A stretch of 64,000 bases of DNA, taken from positions 50,537 to 114,536 of the forward strand of contig JABZFP010000029.1 of NCBI GenBank assembly GCA_014237395.1. The letters run 5' to 3'. The notes below the pieces were generated by a model that was not told the DNA's origin, ran no database searches, and saw nothing but the letters and a program-made list of their open reading frames with translations. Each line of letters begins with the position of its first letter. Position 1 is the stretch's first letter. The position numbers and the translations under genes are program-made. This document shows, in pieces, positions 10,112 to 19,306 of this stretch. The stretch is from Desulfobacteraceae bacterium. Lineage in GTDB: Bacteria; Desulfobacterota; Desulfobacteria; Desulfobacterales; UBA5852.

Positions 10112-10872
10112 CGAGCATGCATCAAACATTCCAAATCCATAGTTACATCCCTTCCGAACGGTTATGGAAAGATCTTTTCAAGATCATTGCGGTGAGCCTT
10201 TTTTTTGCGGGTATCGCCATCCTGATCCGGAACGAATCCGTTCGCGCTCACATCATGCATCTCCCCATCTTGGTAAAATCCCTCGCAAGAAAGGGTCTCC
10301 CCGGAGGAAGCGGGCTGCGTGCCGTCCTTTTTGTGGTCGCGTTCAGCCTGCTGACCGGTGTGGGCATGCCGCGCCTGTGGGTCAGTGCCATTGCCGGAGC
10401 CTTCTTCGGCACCCTATGGGGCATCCCGCTGACCCTGGCGGCAACCGTGCTGGGCGCAACCATTGTCTATTGGATCGGCCAGGCCGTGCTGGCCGGTATG
10501 GTCGGACACCGGATGGGACCGCGGCTGACAATATGGCAGGCCCGCTTCGAAGCCAATGCTTTCTGGTGGGTCCTTTATCTGCGCCTGTTTCCGCTATCCA
10601 ACGCCACCCTGACCGGCCTGTTGTGCGGTGCTTGCCGCATTCCCTTGCGGGCCTATCTGGCCGGGTCACTCATAGGGTTCATCCCGTTGACCGTTGTTTT
10701 CGCTGTTTTCGGCAGCGGCGGTGCCCGGGGCAACCTCTACCTCGTCGGTCTTGGATTTATGCTTATCGCCTTAACGGTCTTCGGACGAAAATCGGTCATG
10801 CGCGCTTTCTCACCACACGAAGCGTCGCTGAAACGCCGAGAAAAAATCGTTTCACATTACCATAGCCAATAG
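10108..10872 (+). CDS. TVP38/TMEM64 (DedA-superfamily) membrane protein
   Basis: Start ATG 10108 overlaps the GT2 stop as ATGA. Contains YLRLFPLSNATLTGLLCGACRIPLRAYLAGSLIGFIP, the family re-entrant motif. Confidence 0.8.
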   Translation: MTSMHQTFQIHSYIPSERLWKDLFKIIAVSLFFAGIAILIRNESVRAHIMHLPILVKSLARKGLPGGSGLRAVLFVVAFSLLTGVGMPRLWVSAIAGAFFGTLWGIPLTLAATVLGATIVYWIGQAVLAGMVGHRMGPRLTIWQARFEANAFWWVLYLRLFPLSNATLTGLLCGACRIPLRAYLAGSLIGFIPLTVVFAVFGSGGARGNLYLVGLGFMLIALTVFGRKSVMRAFSPHEASLKRREKIVSHYHSQ

Positions 10873-11044
10873 CGTCTATAGGGTTCGCCCCTACACCTAA
10901 AAAGGTTGAAAAATAAAATGCTTTGTTTAAAAATCACCCAATCAAGCCATCTGGATCTGCTCCTCGAACGAACTTCCCCCCACCTGACATCCGGCACCGC
11001 GAAGAACCTGATTGAATCACCCCCAACCCATGGGAGGACTTCGC

Positions 11045-11659
11045 ATGTCATCCAATAAAAAGCGGAGGCTTAAAGTCACCGGTCTTATACTCGGTGCCAT
11101 CGCCCTGGTGGCGACGGCCGCCTACCTTTACCATGTGCATGTCAATTATCGCTTCATGACGATTACCGAAGGAAAAGTCTATCAATCCGGCGCCATGCCG
11201 CCGGAGAAGCTCACCAAAGTGGTTCAACGGCATCATATCAAGACGGTCATCGATCTCCGCCAGGAGGAGGAGAAGGAAGCGATCGCCGCCGAGCATGCGG
11301 CCATGACGGCCAACGGCGTACGGCATGTCAACATCCCCTCCCATCAGGCCCCGCTGCCAACGACGGTCGAACAATATCTGGCCGTCATGGATGATCCTGC
11401 CGTGTTCCCGGTGCTCATTCACTGTCACCACGGCGTCAGCCGCGCGGTTCTCTTTTCAGCACTCTACCGTATGGAGTACGAGGGCTGGGACAATGCCAAA
11501 GCGCATGGTGCCACAAGGTTCATGACCTACAAGAGTTCGTTCGATCGAGGCACCCGCAAGGGCGACTTTGTCTTGAATTACAAACCCCGGCATAGGATAA
11601 CGTCAAACGACCCATCCTCCAGCAGCGTTACGACCAGACCCGTATCCGCCACTCCATAA
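11045..11659 (+). CDS. membrane-anchored Cys-based (CX5R) phosphatase, DSP/PTP-like
   Basis: RBS gggagga precedes ATG 11045. N-terminal TM LILGAIALVATAAYLY. Active-site loop HCHHGVSR (C-x5-R). Confidence 0.75.
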   Translation: MSSNKKRRLKVTGLILGAIALVATAAYLYHVHVNYRFMTITEGKVYQSGAMPPEKLTKVVQRHHIKTVIDLRQEEEKEAIAAEHAAMTANGVRHVNIPSHQAPLPTTVEQYLAVMDDPAVFPVLIHCHHGVSRAVLFSALYRMEYEGWDNAKAHGATRFMTYKSSFDRGTRKGDFVLNYKPRHRITSNDPSSSSVTTRPVSATP

Positions 11660-11688
11660 TGGCAACGACGATTCGATAGGTAGCCCGA

Positions 11689-13725
11689 ATGAAATCTCCC
11701 ATCTCTCCCCGTTTGATCCGTTTCCTCGTGGTCAACTTCCTGGTCGGCCTGGTGTGCCTGACGCTGATGCGCATCGGGTTCTACGCTTATTTCCAGGCCC
11801 CGGATGCCACGGTCCCCTTGTCCACTTTGGCCAACGCTTTTTTTATCGGCTTCAAATTCGACTGCCGCCTGAACCTGATCGCGCTGCTGCCGGTGCTGCT
11901 GCTGGGCTGGATCAAACCCGTCAACCTGTTCGATACACCGCGCGGCAGGCGCATCTGGGTCACCTATCTGACGATTGTAGCCTCCGCCATTGGCCTTTTC
12001 TACATCTTCGATTTTGCCTATTTTGCCTATCTTGAAAGTCGCCTCGATGCTACCATTCTGCGATTCCTGTATAACCTGCGGGAGTCCTACCGGATGGTCG
12101 TGGAGAGTTATCCGGTATGGCCGATCCTGGCGGTGATCATCCTGTTCACCGCCGGCGCCGGATATGGCCAGTTTCGCCTCGTCAGCAGATTCGCCAGGCG
12201 CCCTTCGCAAAAATCCCGGTGGCGGCGCATTGCCGTCGTGACCGGGTTTCTCCTGGTATACGGCTTCGGCATCTACGGCAAGCTCTCCTGGTACCCCCTC
12301 CGCTGGAGCGATGCTTTTTTCTCCAACAATGCCTTTGTCTCCGCAATCGCCCTCAACCCGGTACTTTATTTCTATGACACCCTGAAAAACAGGGAAGTGG
12401 CTTACGATCAGGAAAAAGTCGCCGCCCATTACGATCGCATCGCCGATTTTTTAGGTGTGGCACCGAAAGACAAAAATCATCTCTCTTTCGTAAGGCGATG
12501 CAAAGGGCCAAACCCTTTTTCCCAGCCACCCAACGTTATTGTGGTTATTCTGGAGTCCTTCGGCTTCTACAAAACCAGCCTTTCCGGCAATCCCCTGGAT
12601 CCGACCCCTCATTTCGACCGGCTTGCCCGCCAGGGAACACTTTTCACACGCTTCTACACTCCCCACGGCGGAACGGCGCGATCTGTTTTCGCCGCCACGA
12701 CCGGCATTCCCGATATCGAACTCATTAAAACATCCTCCCGCAACCCCCTGGTCGTGCGGCAGCATGTCATAGCCAATGAAATGAAGGATTATCGCAAATT
12801 TTACTTTCTGGGCGGCAGCGCCAGCTGGGGGGAAATCCGCGGACTGCTCTCCACCAATATCCGCGATCTGAGCATCTATGAGGAAGGCAGCTATGCCTCA
12901 CCCCGGGTGGATGTCTGGGGCATTTCCGACCTGGATCTGTTCAAGGAAGCCAACGCCGTGCTGAAAACTGCCGGTCCGGAACCTTTTTTCGCCATCATTC
13001 AGACCTCCGGAAATCATCGGCCCTATACGATCCCGCCGAATAACGACGGGTTTCAGCCCAATCCCATCAGCGATGAAATAGCGCTGCGCTACGGGTTCCG
13101 GTCGGCGGATGCCTATAACTCCTATCGCTTCATGGACCACAGCATCGGCCGCTTCATCGACATTGCCCAAACGGAAGCCTATTTCGATAATACCGTCTTT
13201 TTATTTTTCGGGGATCACGGCCTGGTGCGCAATGCGGAACATCGTCCCGCCTACGAGCATGAACTCATCATGAACCGCTACCACGTGCCGCTGATGATCT
13301 ATGCCCCCAAACTGATGCCTTCGCCCCAGGTCATCGAGACCGTCGCCAGTGAAGTCGACGTGATGCCGACCATTGCCGGCATGACCGGACGCCCCTATCT
13401 CAATACGACCTTCGGGCGTGATCTTTTCGACCCGCGCTATGACAAAGACCGCTATGCCTTCACGATTCTGCACGCCCCCGTGCCTTTGCTCGGGCTGATT
13501 GGCGCTGATTTCTATTACAATGTGAAGGGGGACGGCAGTTCCCCCAAACTGTTCAAACTGGACCCCGAGGCCCCCATCGAAGACGTCGCGGCCCAATACC
13601 CGGCGATTGCCGCCAGAATGCAGCAACTCTGCCTGGGGCTCTATGAAAGCGCCCGCTATGTCCGCTACCACAACACGCCAGAGGATATCGCCCGCCAATC
13701 TAACGATCCGATGGCGTCCCCCTGA
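11689..13725 (+). CDS. LTA synthase / sulfatase (alkaline-phosphatase superfamily) membrane [11 protein letters not shown], paralog A
   Basis: 678 aa. The N-terminal ~250 aa is polytopic, followed by VIVVILESFG...HGGTARS...FFGDHG typical of LtaS/OpgB-type enzymes. Confidence 0.85.
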   Translation: MKSPISPRLIRFLVVNFLVGLVCLTLMRIGFYAYFQAPDATVPLSTLANAFFIGFKFDCRLNLIALLPVLLLGWIKPVNLFDTPRGRRIWVTYLTIVASAIGLFYIFDFAYFAYLESRLDATILRFLYNLRESYRMVVESYPVWPILAVIILFTAGAGYGQFRLVSRFARRPSQKSRWRRIAVVTGFLLVYGFGIYGKLSWYPLRWSDAFFSNNAFVSAIALNPVLYFYDTLKNREVAYDQEKVAAHYDRIADFLGVAPKDKNHLSFVRRCKGPNPFSQPPNVIVVILESFGFYKTSLSGNPLDPTPHFDRLARQGTLFTRFYTPHGGTARSVFAATTGIPDIELIKTSSRNPLVVRQHVIANEMKDYRKFYFLGGSASWGEIRGLLSTNIRDLSIYEEGSYASPRVDVWGISDLDLFKEANAVLKTAGPEPFFAIIQTSGNHRPYTIPPNNDGFQPNPISDEIALRYGFRSADAYNSYRFMDHSIGRFIDIAQTEAYFDNTVFLFFGDHGLVRNAEHRPAYEHELIMNRYHVPLMIYAPKLMPSPQVIETVASEVDVMPTIAGMTGRPYLNTTFGRDLFDPRYDKDRYAFTILHAPVPLLGLIGADFYYNVKGDGSSPKLFKLDPEAPIEDVAAQYPAIAARMQQLCLGLYESARYVRYHNTPEDIARQSNDPMASP

Positions 13726-13815
13726 TCAAATCAAAGGTGCCCTGCCCCATCGTCTATTGCCATTTATAGGTTTCAACCCTATTCTATCTTGTTTGATTCG
13801 CTTGAATAATGTTCT

Positions 13816-15792
13816 GTGCTGGAAAAAAGGTGGAAGGTCGATGTCGTGATACAATTGAAAAAAATGAGAGATGGTCTGGGCCCTATCGCCCCCCTGGCCG
13901 CATTTGCCCTTGTGACCGTTATCACGCTGGCGCTGGTGCGGACCGGGTTGGCGGCCTGGCAATTGGAACGGGTAACCGCCGTCGAACAGCCCTGGCGCCT
14001 GTTCACCATCGGACTGCAGCTGGATCTGCAGCTGGTGGCTTACTTTCTGGTGCTGCCGGCCGTTCTCTTTGTGTTTACGACGCGCACCTCGATCGTGGGA
14101 CGCGGGGCCGCCCTGCTCACGCGCGTCTGGCTGACACTGGCAATGGTTTTCGTCGTCTTTATGGAAACCGCCACCCCCTCTTTTCTGGTGGAGTATGGGA
14201 TCCGGCCCAATCGCCTGTTTCTGGAATACCTTATTTATCCCCGGGAAGTGTTTTCCATGCTCTGGGCGCAATACAAACCCCAGTTGTTTCTGGCCGGTAT
14301 TCTGGTGCCGCTGGCGGCCTGGGGCGCCTGGGTTGTTTTCGGCTGGAGCCTGCGCCGGCGCACCGGCTGGTCGCTGGTGCGGTGCCTGCTGGTCTTTCCA
14401 CTCCTGGCAGCCCTGCTGGTGCTGGGAGCCCGCTCCAGCCTGGGCCACCGTCCGGCCAATATCAGCACGGCGGCCTTTTCCAGCGACCCCCTGGTTAACG
14501 ATCTGGCCCTGAACTCCACCTATTCGGTCATGTACGCCGCCTATCGGATGAAGGACGAAAAAGAAGCCGGGAAATTCTACGGGCGCATGGACGAGGAAGA
14601 GATCGTGCGACGGGTGCGCCAGGCCATGGATGCCCCGGAATCCGCCTTTACAAATCCCGACCTGCCCACCCTGCACCAACAGACCGCCAGCCGGCAAATC
14701 GACCGGCCCTATAACCTGGTCATCGTGCTAGAGGAAAGCATGGGGGCCCAGTACGTGGAAACATTGGGCGGCATCCCTCTGACCCCGCGGCTGGTCAAGT
14801 TGTCCGCCGAGGGGATGTGGTTTGAAAACCTCTACGCTACCGGCACACGCTCGGTGCGCGGTATCGAAGCCGTCACCACCGGTTTTTTGCCCACCCCAGG
14901 TCGCAGCGTGGTCAAGCTGAGTTCTTTCGGGAAGCCGTTTTTTAATTTGGCGGGATACCTCAAAGACTTTAATTACCAGAGTGTTTTCGTCTATGGCGGG
15001 GAAAGTCATTTCGACAATATGCGGGGCTTTTTTCTCAAGAACGGTTTTGACCGCGTCATCGATGAAAAAGACTATGATCAATGGGAATTCAAGGGCACCT
15101 GGGGGGTCTCCGACGAGGATCTTTTCGTGCGGGCCAACCGGGAATTCGAGGCGTACGGCGACCAGCCCTTTATGGGACTGATCTTTACATCATCCTATCA
15201 CTCCCCGTTTGAGTTTCCGGAGGGCCGCCTGACCCCGGCAGAACTATCCGACAATCCTGAGCACAATGCCATCCGCTACGCCGATTTTGCCCTGGGGCGC
15301 TTCTTCGAGCTGGCACGGCGATCCTCCTACTGGAACCGCACGATATTCCTGGTGGTGGCCGATCACGACAGCCGGGTGCGCGGGGCCAACCTGGTCCCCA
15401 TCCGGCATTTCCATATCCCCGGTCTCGTCATCGGACCGGGCATTTCCCCAACCCAATATACCAATGTCGCCAGCCAGATCGACCTCCCGCCCACCCTCCT
15501 CTCGCTGATGGGTATTTCCGGCCAGCATCCCATGGTGGGCCGCGACCTGACCTTGCCGCCGCGTCTGGATGGCGGACGGGCCATCATGCAGTATGCCAAC
15601 AACCAGGCCTACCGCCTCGGCGACCAGGTCATTGTCCTGCAACCCAAGCAATCTCCGGCCCAGTATACCTACCGCAACCAGGAACTGGTGGATAAAAAAG
15701 CCGCACCGGACCCGGAACTGGCCGCGGATGCCCTGGCGCATGCCCTGTGGCCGTCGCTGGCCTACCGCAACCAGTATTATACGCTACCGTAG
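13816..15792 (+). CDS. LTA synthase / sulfatase-family membrane [11 protein letters not shown], paralog B
   Basis: 658 aa with LVIVLEESMG...ATGTRSVRGIEAVTTGFLPTPGRSVVK...VVADHD. The start could be ATG 13864. Confidence 0.85.
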   Translation: MLEKRWKVDVVIQLKKMRDGLGPIAPLAAFALVTVITLALVRTGLAAWQLERVTAVEQPWRLFTIGLQLDLQLVAYFLVLPAVLFVFTTRTSIVGRGAALLTRVWLTLAMVFVVFMETATPSFLVEYGIRPNRLFLEYLIYPREVFSMLWAQYKPQLFLAGILVPLAAWGAWVVFGWSLRRRTGWSLVRCLLVFPLLAALLVLGARSSLGHRPANISTAAFSSDPLVNDLALNSTYSVMYAAYRMKDEKEAGKFYGRMDEEEIVRRVRQAMDAPESAFTNPDLPTLHQQTASRQIDRPYNLVIVLEESMGAQYVETLGGIPLTPRLVKLSAEGMWFENLYATGTRSVRGIEAVTTGFLPTPGRSVVKLSSFGKPFFNLAGYLKDFNYQSVFVYGGESHFDNMRGFFLKNGFDRVIDEKDYDQWEFKGTWGVSDEDLFVRANREFEAYGDQPFMGLIFTSSYHSPFEFPEGRLTPAELSDNPEHNAIRYADFALGRFFELARRSSYWNRTIFLVVADHDSRVRGANLVPIRHFHIPGLVIGPGISPTQYTNVASQIDLPPTLLSLMGISGQHPMVGRDLTLPPRLDGGRAIMQYANNQAYRLGDQVIVLQPKQSPAQYTYRNQELVDKKAAPDPELAADALAHALWPSLAYRNQYYTLP

Positions 15793-15868
15793 CTTGCCTA
15801 ATTCGAAGGTTGAAATCATCTGGACGGACGGTTTTACACCACGACCGCGCTGGATGGGGACTGAATGA

Positions 15869-17779
15869 TCACCACCGATTCAGTCGATGCGCAAGAATAT
15901 AATCAGCCCCCTGATAGTAGGCCATGAGTTCCTGGGCCAACGCCGAAGCGGCATCCAGGGGCGTGAGCCGATCTTCGATCTGAAGCTCTATCTTTTTCCC
16001 GGGTGACAGAATCGCAAGGTGGTTGTCGTCCTTCAACAGCCCCAGTTTCTGATAGTTGGCGATCAGGGCCCGCGGCCGGAAGTCCGTCGTCAGCAAATTC
16101 GTACCGAAAAAATGGCTCTCATAGTCGATGTTCAAAAAGGCCAGCACGGTGGGGGCGATGTCGATCTGGGAACAGCGTCGGTCGTTCTCATCCGGGGCAA
16201 CACGGCCCGGGCTGAAAAAGAACAGCGGAATGTGGTATTTGGTCTGGTCCAGCCCGACCTTCCCGGCGCTGCCGGCACAGTGGTCCGCCACAAGGACGAA
16301 AAGCGTGTCGGCATACCAGGATTTGGCCCGGGCCAGTTCCATGAATACGCCAAGGGCATAGTCCGTATATTTGACGGCCCCTTCGCGTCCGGAACCCGGC
16401 GGAATATCGATCTTGCCCTCCGGGTAGGTGTAGGGACGGTGGTTGCTGGTGGTCATGATGTGGAAAAAAAACGGCTGCCCTGTTCGATGCGTCCGATCCG
16501 CTTCCTGGATGGCTTTCCGGTATAGATCCTCGTCGGCAACCCCCCAGGCGTTCTTGAAACGGACCTCTTCCGCCTCAAAATCATGTTGATCCACCGTCCG
16601 GTATCCGTTGCCGGCGAAGAACGCATTCATATTGTCGAAAAAACCGCGTCCGCCATAGATGAAGGCCGTGTCATAGCCGTTATCCTGGAGCACTTTCCCC
16701 AGGCTGAACATATGCGCGTTGTCCGGCCTTTTGACCACCGAGCGGCCGGGCGTCGGGGGGAGAGAGAGCGTGATGGCTTCCAGGCCCCGGGTCGTGCGCG
16801 TGCCGGTGGCAAAGCAATTGGTGAACAATAAACCCTGCGGAAACCACTCATCCATAAACGGGGTGTCGCCCGACGGACTGCCGAACCGTTTCACATATTT
16901 GGCGCTCAAACTCTCGACCGTGATCAGGATGACATTCAGGCGTTTGGGCGGTCCCGTCGATTCGATCCGCCGCCGGATATCAAACAGCTGCCCATCAATA
17001 CCTTCTTGATCCGCCGGGTCGATGCGACTTCGCAGCAGGCGTGAAAGCGTGACGTCGTCTCCCTGGCGGTAGAAAGCGTTGTAGTCCAGTTCATTTTGGC
17101 GAAAGGCGGCCACGAATTGATAGGGGCCGTTGGATGCCAGTTCATTGACGTAGTTATTGGGAGAAAGGGTCCTCAGGGATTGCCCCACCAGCAGAACGGC
17201 GGCGACGGAGACGATGAAAAACGGCACCGCCCGGCCAACTCGGCGGCGGAAGGGTTCGACGGCCTGCAGGGCACCCGCAAGCGGCTTTCTAATCAAGACA
17301 AACGTCAGGACGGCGGCCAATAGAAGGACCATCAGGATAGGGATCAACGGATAGGATTCATAGATATTTTGCGTGACTTCATGACGATAGACAAGATAGT
17401 CGACCGATATGAAATTAAACCGGGTGCCGAATTCCTCCCAGAAAAGCCATTCCGCCGTGCAGCTGAAATAGAGCCCGTAGAAGACCGCCAGCGACATCAG
17501 GTAGGTGGCATACCGGTTGACCCGACTATGATAGAGCTTATCCGGCAGGAACAGAAGGAACAGCACAACAGGAATACAGGCATAACTGATAAAGGCCAGA
17601 TCGTAGAACAACCCCAGGGTGAAAATATACATCCCGTTCCATACGGTATGGGACACCTCCGGCCAGGCCTTGACCAGAAGCGCAATCCTGAGAACACTGA
17701 AAGCCACCAGGGCTATCAAAATATGGGGCCAGACAATCGCGACGCGACTTTCGGTATGGGGTTCGACAGATGGTGACAA
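15869..17779 (-). CDS. LTA synthase / sulfatase-family membrane [11 protein letters not shown], paralog C
   Basis: 636 aa with ILITVESLS...ATGTRTTRGLEAITLSLPPTPGRSVVK...LVADHC. Closest to paralog B and convergent with it. Confidence 0.85.
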   Translation of the reverse strand: MSPSVEPHTESRVAIVWPHILIALVAFSVLRIALLVKAWPEVSHTVWNGMYIFTLGLFYDLAFISYACIPVVLFLLFLPDKLYHSRVNRYATYLMSLAVFYGLYFSCTAEWLFWEEFGTRFNFISVDYLVYRHEVTQNIYESYPLIPILMVLLLAAVLTFVLIRKPLAGALQAVEPFRRRVGRAVPFFIVSVAAVLLVGQSLRTLSPNNYVNELASNGPYQFVAAFRQNELDYNAFYRQGDDVTLSRLLRSRIDPADQEGIDGQLFDIRRRIESTGPPKRLNVILITVESLSAKYVKRFGSPSGDTPFMDEWFPQGLLFTNCFATGTRTTRGLEAITLSLPPTPGRSVVKRPDNAHMFSLGKVLQDNGYDTAFIYGGRGFFDNMNAFFAGNGYRTVDQHDFEAEEVRFKNAWGVADEDLYRKAIQEADRTHRTGQPFFFHIMTTSNHRPYTYPEGKIDIPPGSGREGAVKYTDYALGVFMELARAKSWYADTLFVLVADHCAGSAGKVGLDQTKYHIPLFFFSPGRVAPDENDRRCSQIDIAPTVLAFLNIDYESHFFGTNLLTTDFRPRALIANYQKLGLLKDDNHLAILSPGKKIELQIEDRLTPLDAASALAQELMAYYQGADYILAHRLNRW

Positions 17780-18031
17780 CAGGGGGTGCCTCCTAAAGAT
17801 GACAGCCTATCGGTCAATGGCCCGTATGGGGGATCACGGGACCCCGGCGGGCATCGGTAATGCTCACCTAAACGCTGAGCACGATGGGTGCTGCCTATCA
17901 TCCCGGGCATGACCATTCGATGACGGCGACATTACGGTTTGGTTATCTAATGGGTTTTCTGAAACGGCGGGAAATAAAGGAGGGGCAGCGCACCACATGC
18001 CTGGTGCCGGCAACGGTCTGAGGAAATACCG

Positions 18032-19138
18032 CTACCGCTTGCCGGGCCACAAGCCACGCATTAGCCGTGCGGGAAGCGGGTCCGCGGATGTCAGGGCCCC
18101 GTGAGGGCAGACTTCGATGCAGCAGTAACAGCGGATACAGCGGTTGTAGTCAAAGCGAAGACGATCGTCACGGCATTGAATGGCGTCGGCCGGGCAGTAT
18201 TGCCAGCACTCCCCGCACAGGCGGCACTTATCGACGTCGGCCACCGGCCGTCGCAGCAGATGACGGCGCAGGAGGGGCTGCAGCCATCCCGGACCGAAGC
18301 GCGCCGTGCCGGCCTCCGGCAACCTGAAGGCGATGCGGTCCGGCCCGTCGCCGGTGATACGGGCAGGATCGTGAGAAATACCGAGGATTTCGGCCGCAGC
18401 CAGGGTCGGCAGCCCCTCCGGGGGCATGCCGATCAGGTCGCACACGGCATGGTCGGCGGCAAAGGCACTCCGGCTGCCGATCAGAAGCCCCAGCGGCACC
18501 GGCCGGCCGGCCTTACCCGGCCCATCGCCGTCCATCCCCAGGATGCCGTCGATCACCGTAAAGGCCGGTGCAATCGCCTGATGGATCTGGACGATCAGCC
18601 TGGCGAACAGGGTCTTGTCGAGCCCGGCCCGCATGTGCCATTCGGGTTTTTTAAGACCCACCACACAGCCGAAGGTATTTTTCACCCCCAGGGTCAGGGT
18701 CATCTGGCTGTGGGTCTTGAATTTCGCCAGGTTGATCACCGCGTCCGCTTCCAGGGCCTGCCGGGCCAACGGCACCTCCCGGAAAGGCGGTCCGATGTCC
18801 ACGATGGTCTCGGTGTCGAATGCCTGGAAGGGGACATCCAGATCCTTCAAGGCCTCGCGGTAGCCGCCGAGTCTGCCGATACGGGACATGCTGCCCACCG
18901 CCGGACTGTCGGCAATGACGGGCCGACCCCCGTGGTCCTGGACAAACTGGACCACCGCCCGCACCACCTGTGGATGGGTGGTCACCGCCTGCTCCGGCTT
19001 GGCTGCCAGCAGCAGGTTGGGCTTGATCAGCACACGCCCCCGGGCGATGGGGCCGACGCCTCCTGCTGTGAGCATGGTGTAAATGGCGGTCTTCAGTGTG
19101 TCGTCATAGGCCGCTCGACGAATGTCAACGTCAGCCAT
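18032..19138 (-). CDS. DUF362 domain protein with C-terminal 4Fe-4S ferredoxin-type domain
   Basis: 368 aa with VLIKPNLL...THPQVVRAVV typical of DUF362. C-terminus carries CRLCGECWQYCP and CIRCYCCIEVCP. Confidence 0.75.
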   Translation of the reverse strand: MADVDIRRAAYDDTLKTAIYTMLTAGGVGPIARGRVLIKPNLLLAAKPEQAVTTHPQVVRAVVQFVQDHGGRPVIADSPAVGSMSRIGRLGGYREALKDLDVPFQAFDTETIVDIGPPFREVPLARQALEADAVINLAKFKTHSQMTLTLGVKNTFGCVVGLKKPEWHMRAGLDKTLFARLIVQIHQAIAPAFTVIDGILGMDGDGPGKAGRPVPLGLLIGSRSAFAADHAVCDLIGMPPEGLPTLAAAEILGISHDPARITGDGPDRIAFRLPEAGTARFGPGWLQPLLRRHLLRRPVADVDKCRLCGECWQYCPADAIQCRDDRLRFDYNRCIRCYCCIEVCPHGALTSADPLPARLMRGLWPGKR

Positions 19139-19306
19139 CGGTCCTCCGGAGCGTATTGAAGAAAAGACGATGATAACGGATGAGACGAATGGGTATTGCC
19201 TGAACCGTCGATCTCTGCGAAATAAAGATTATTCCGGATGGATTGAAAACCCAATAGATTTTCCTCCGGCCATCACCTTTTATCGGGACACCCGGCACCG
19301 ACATCC

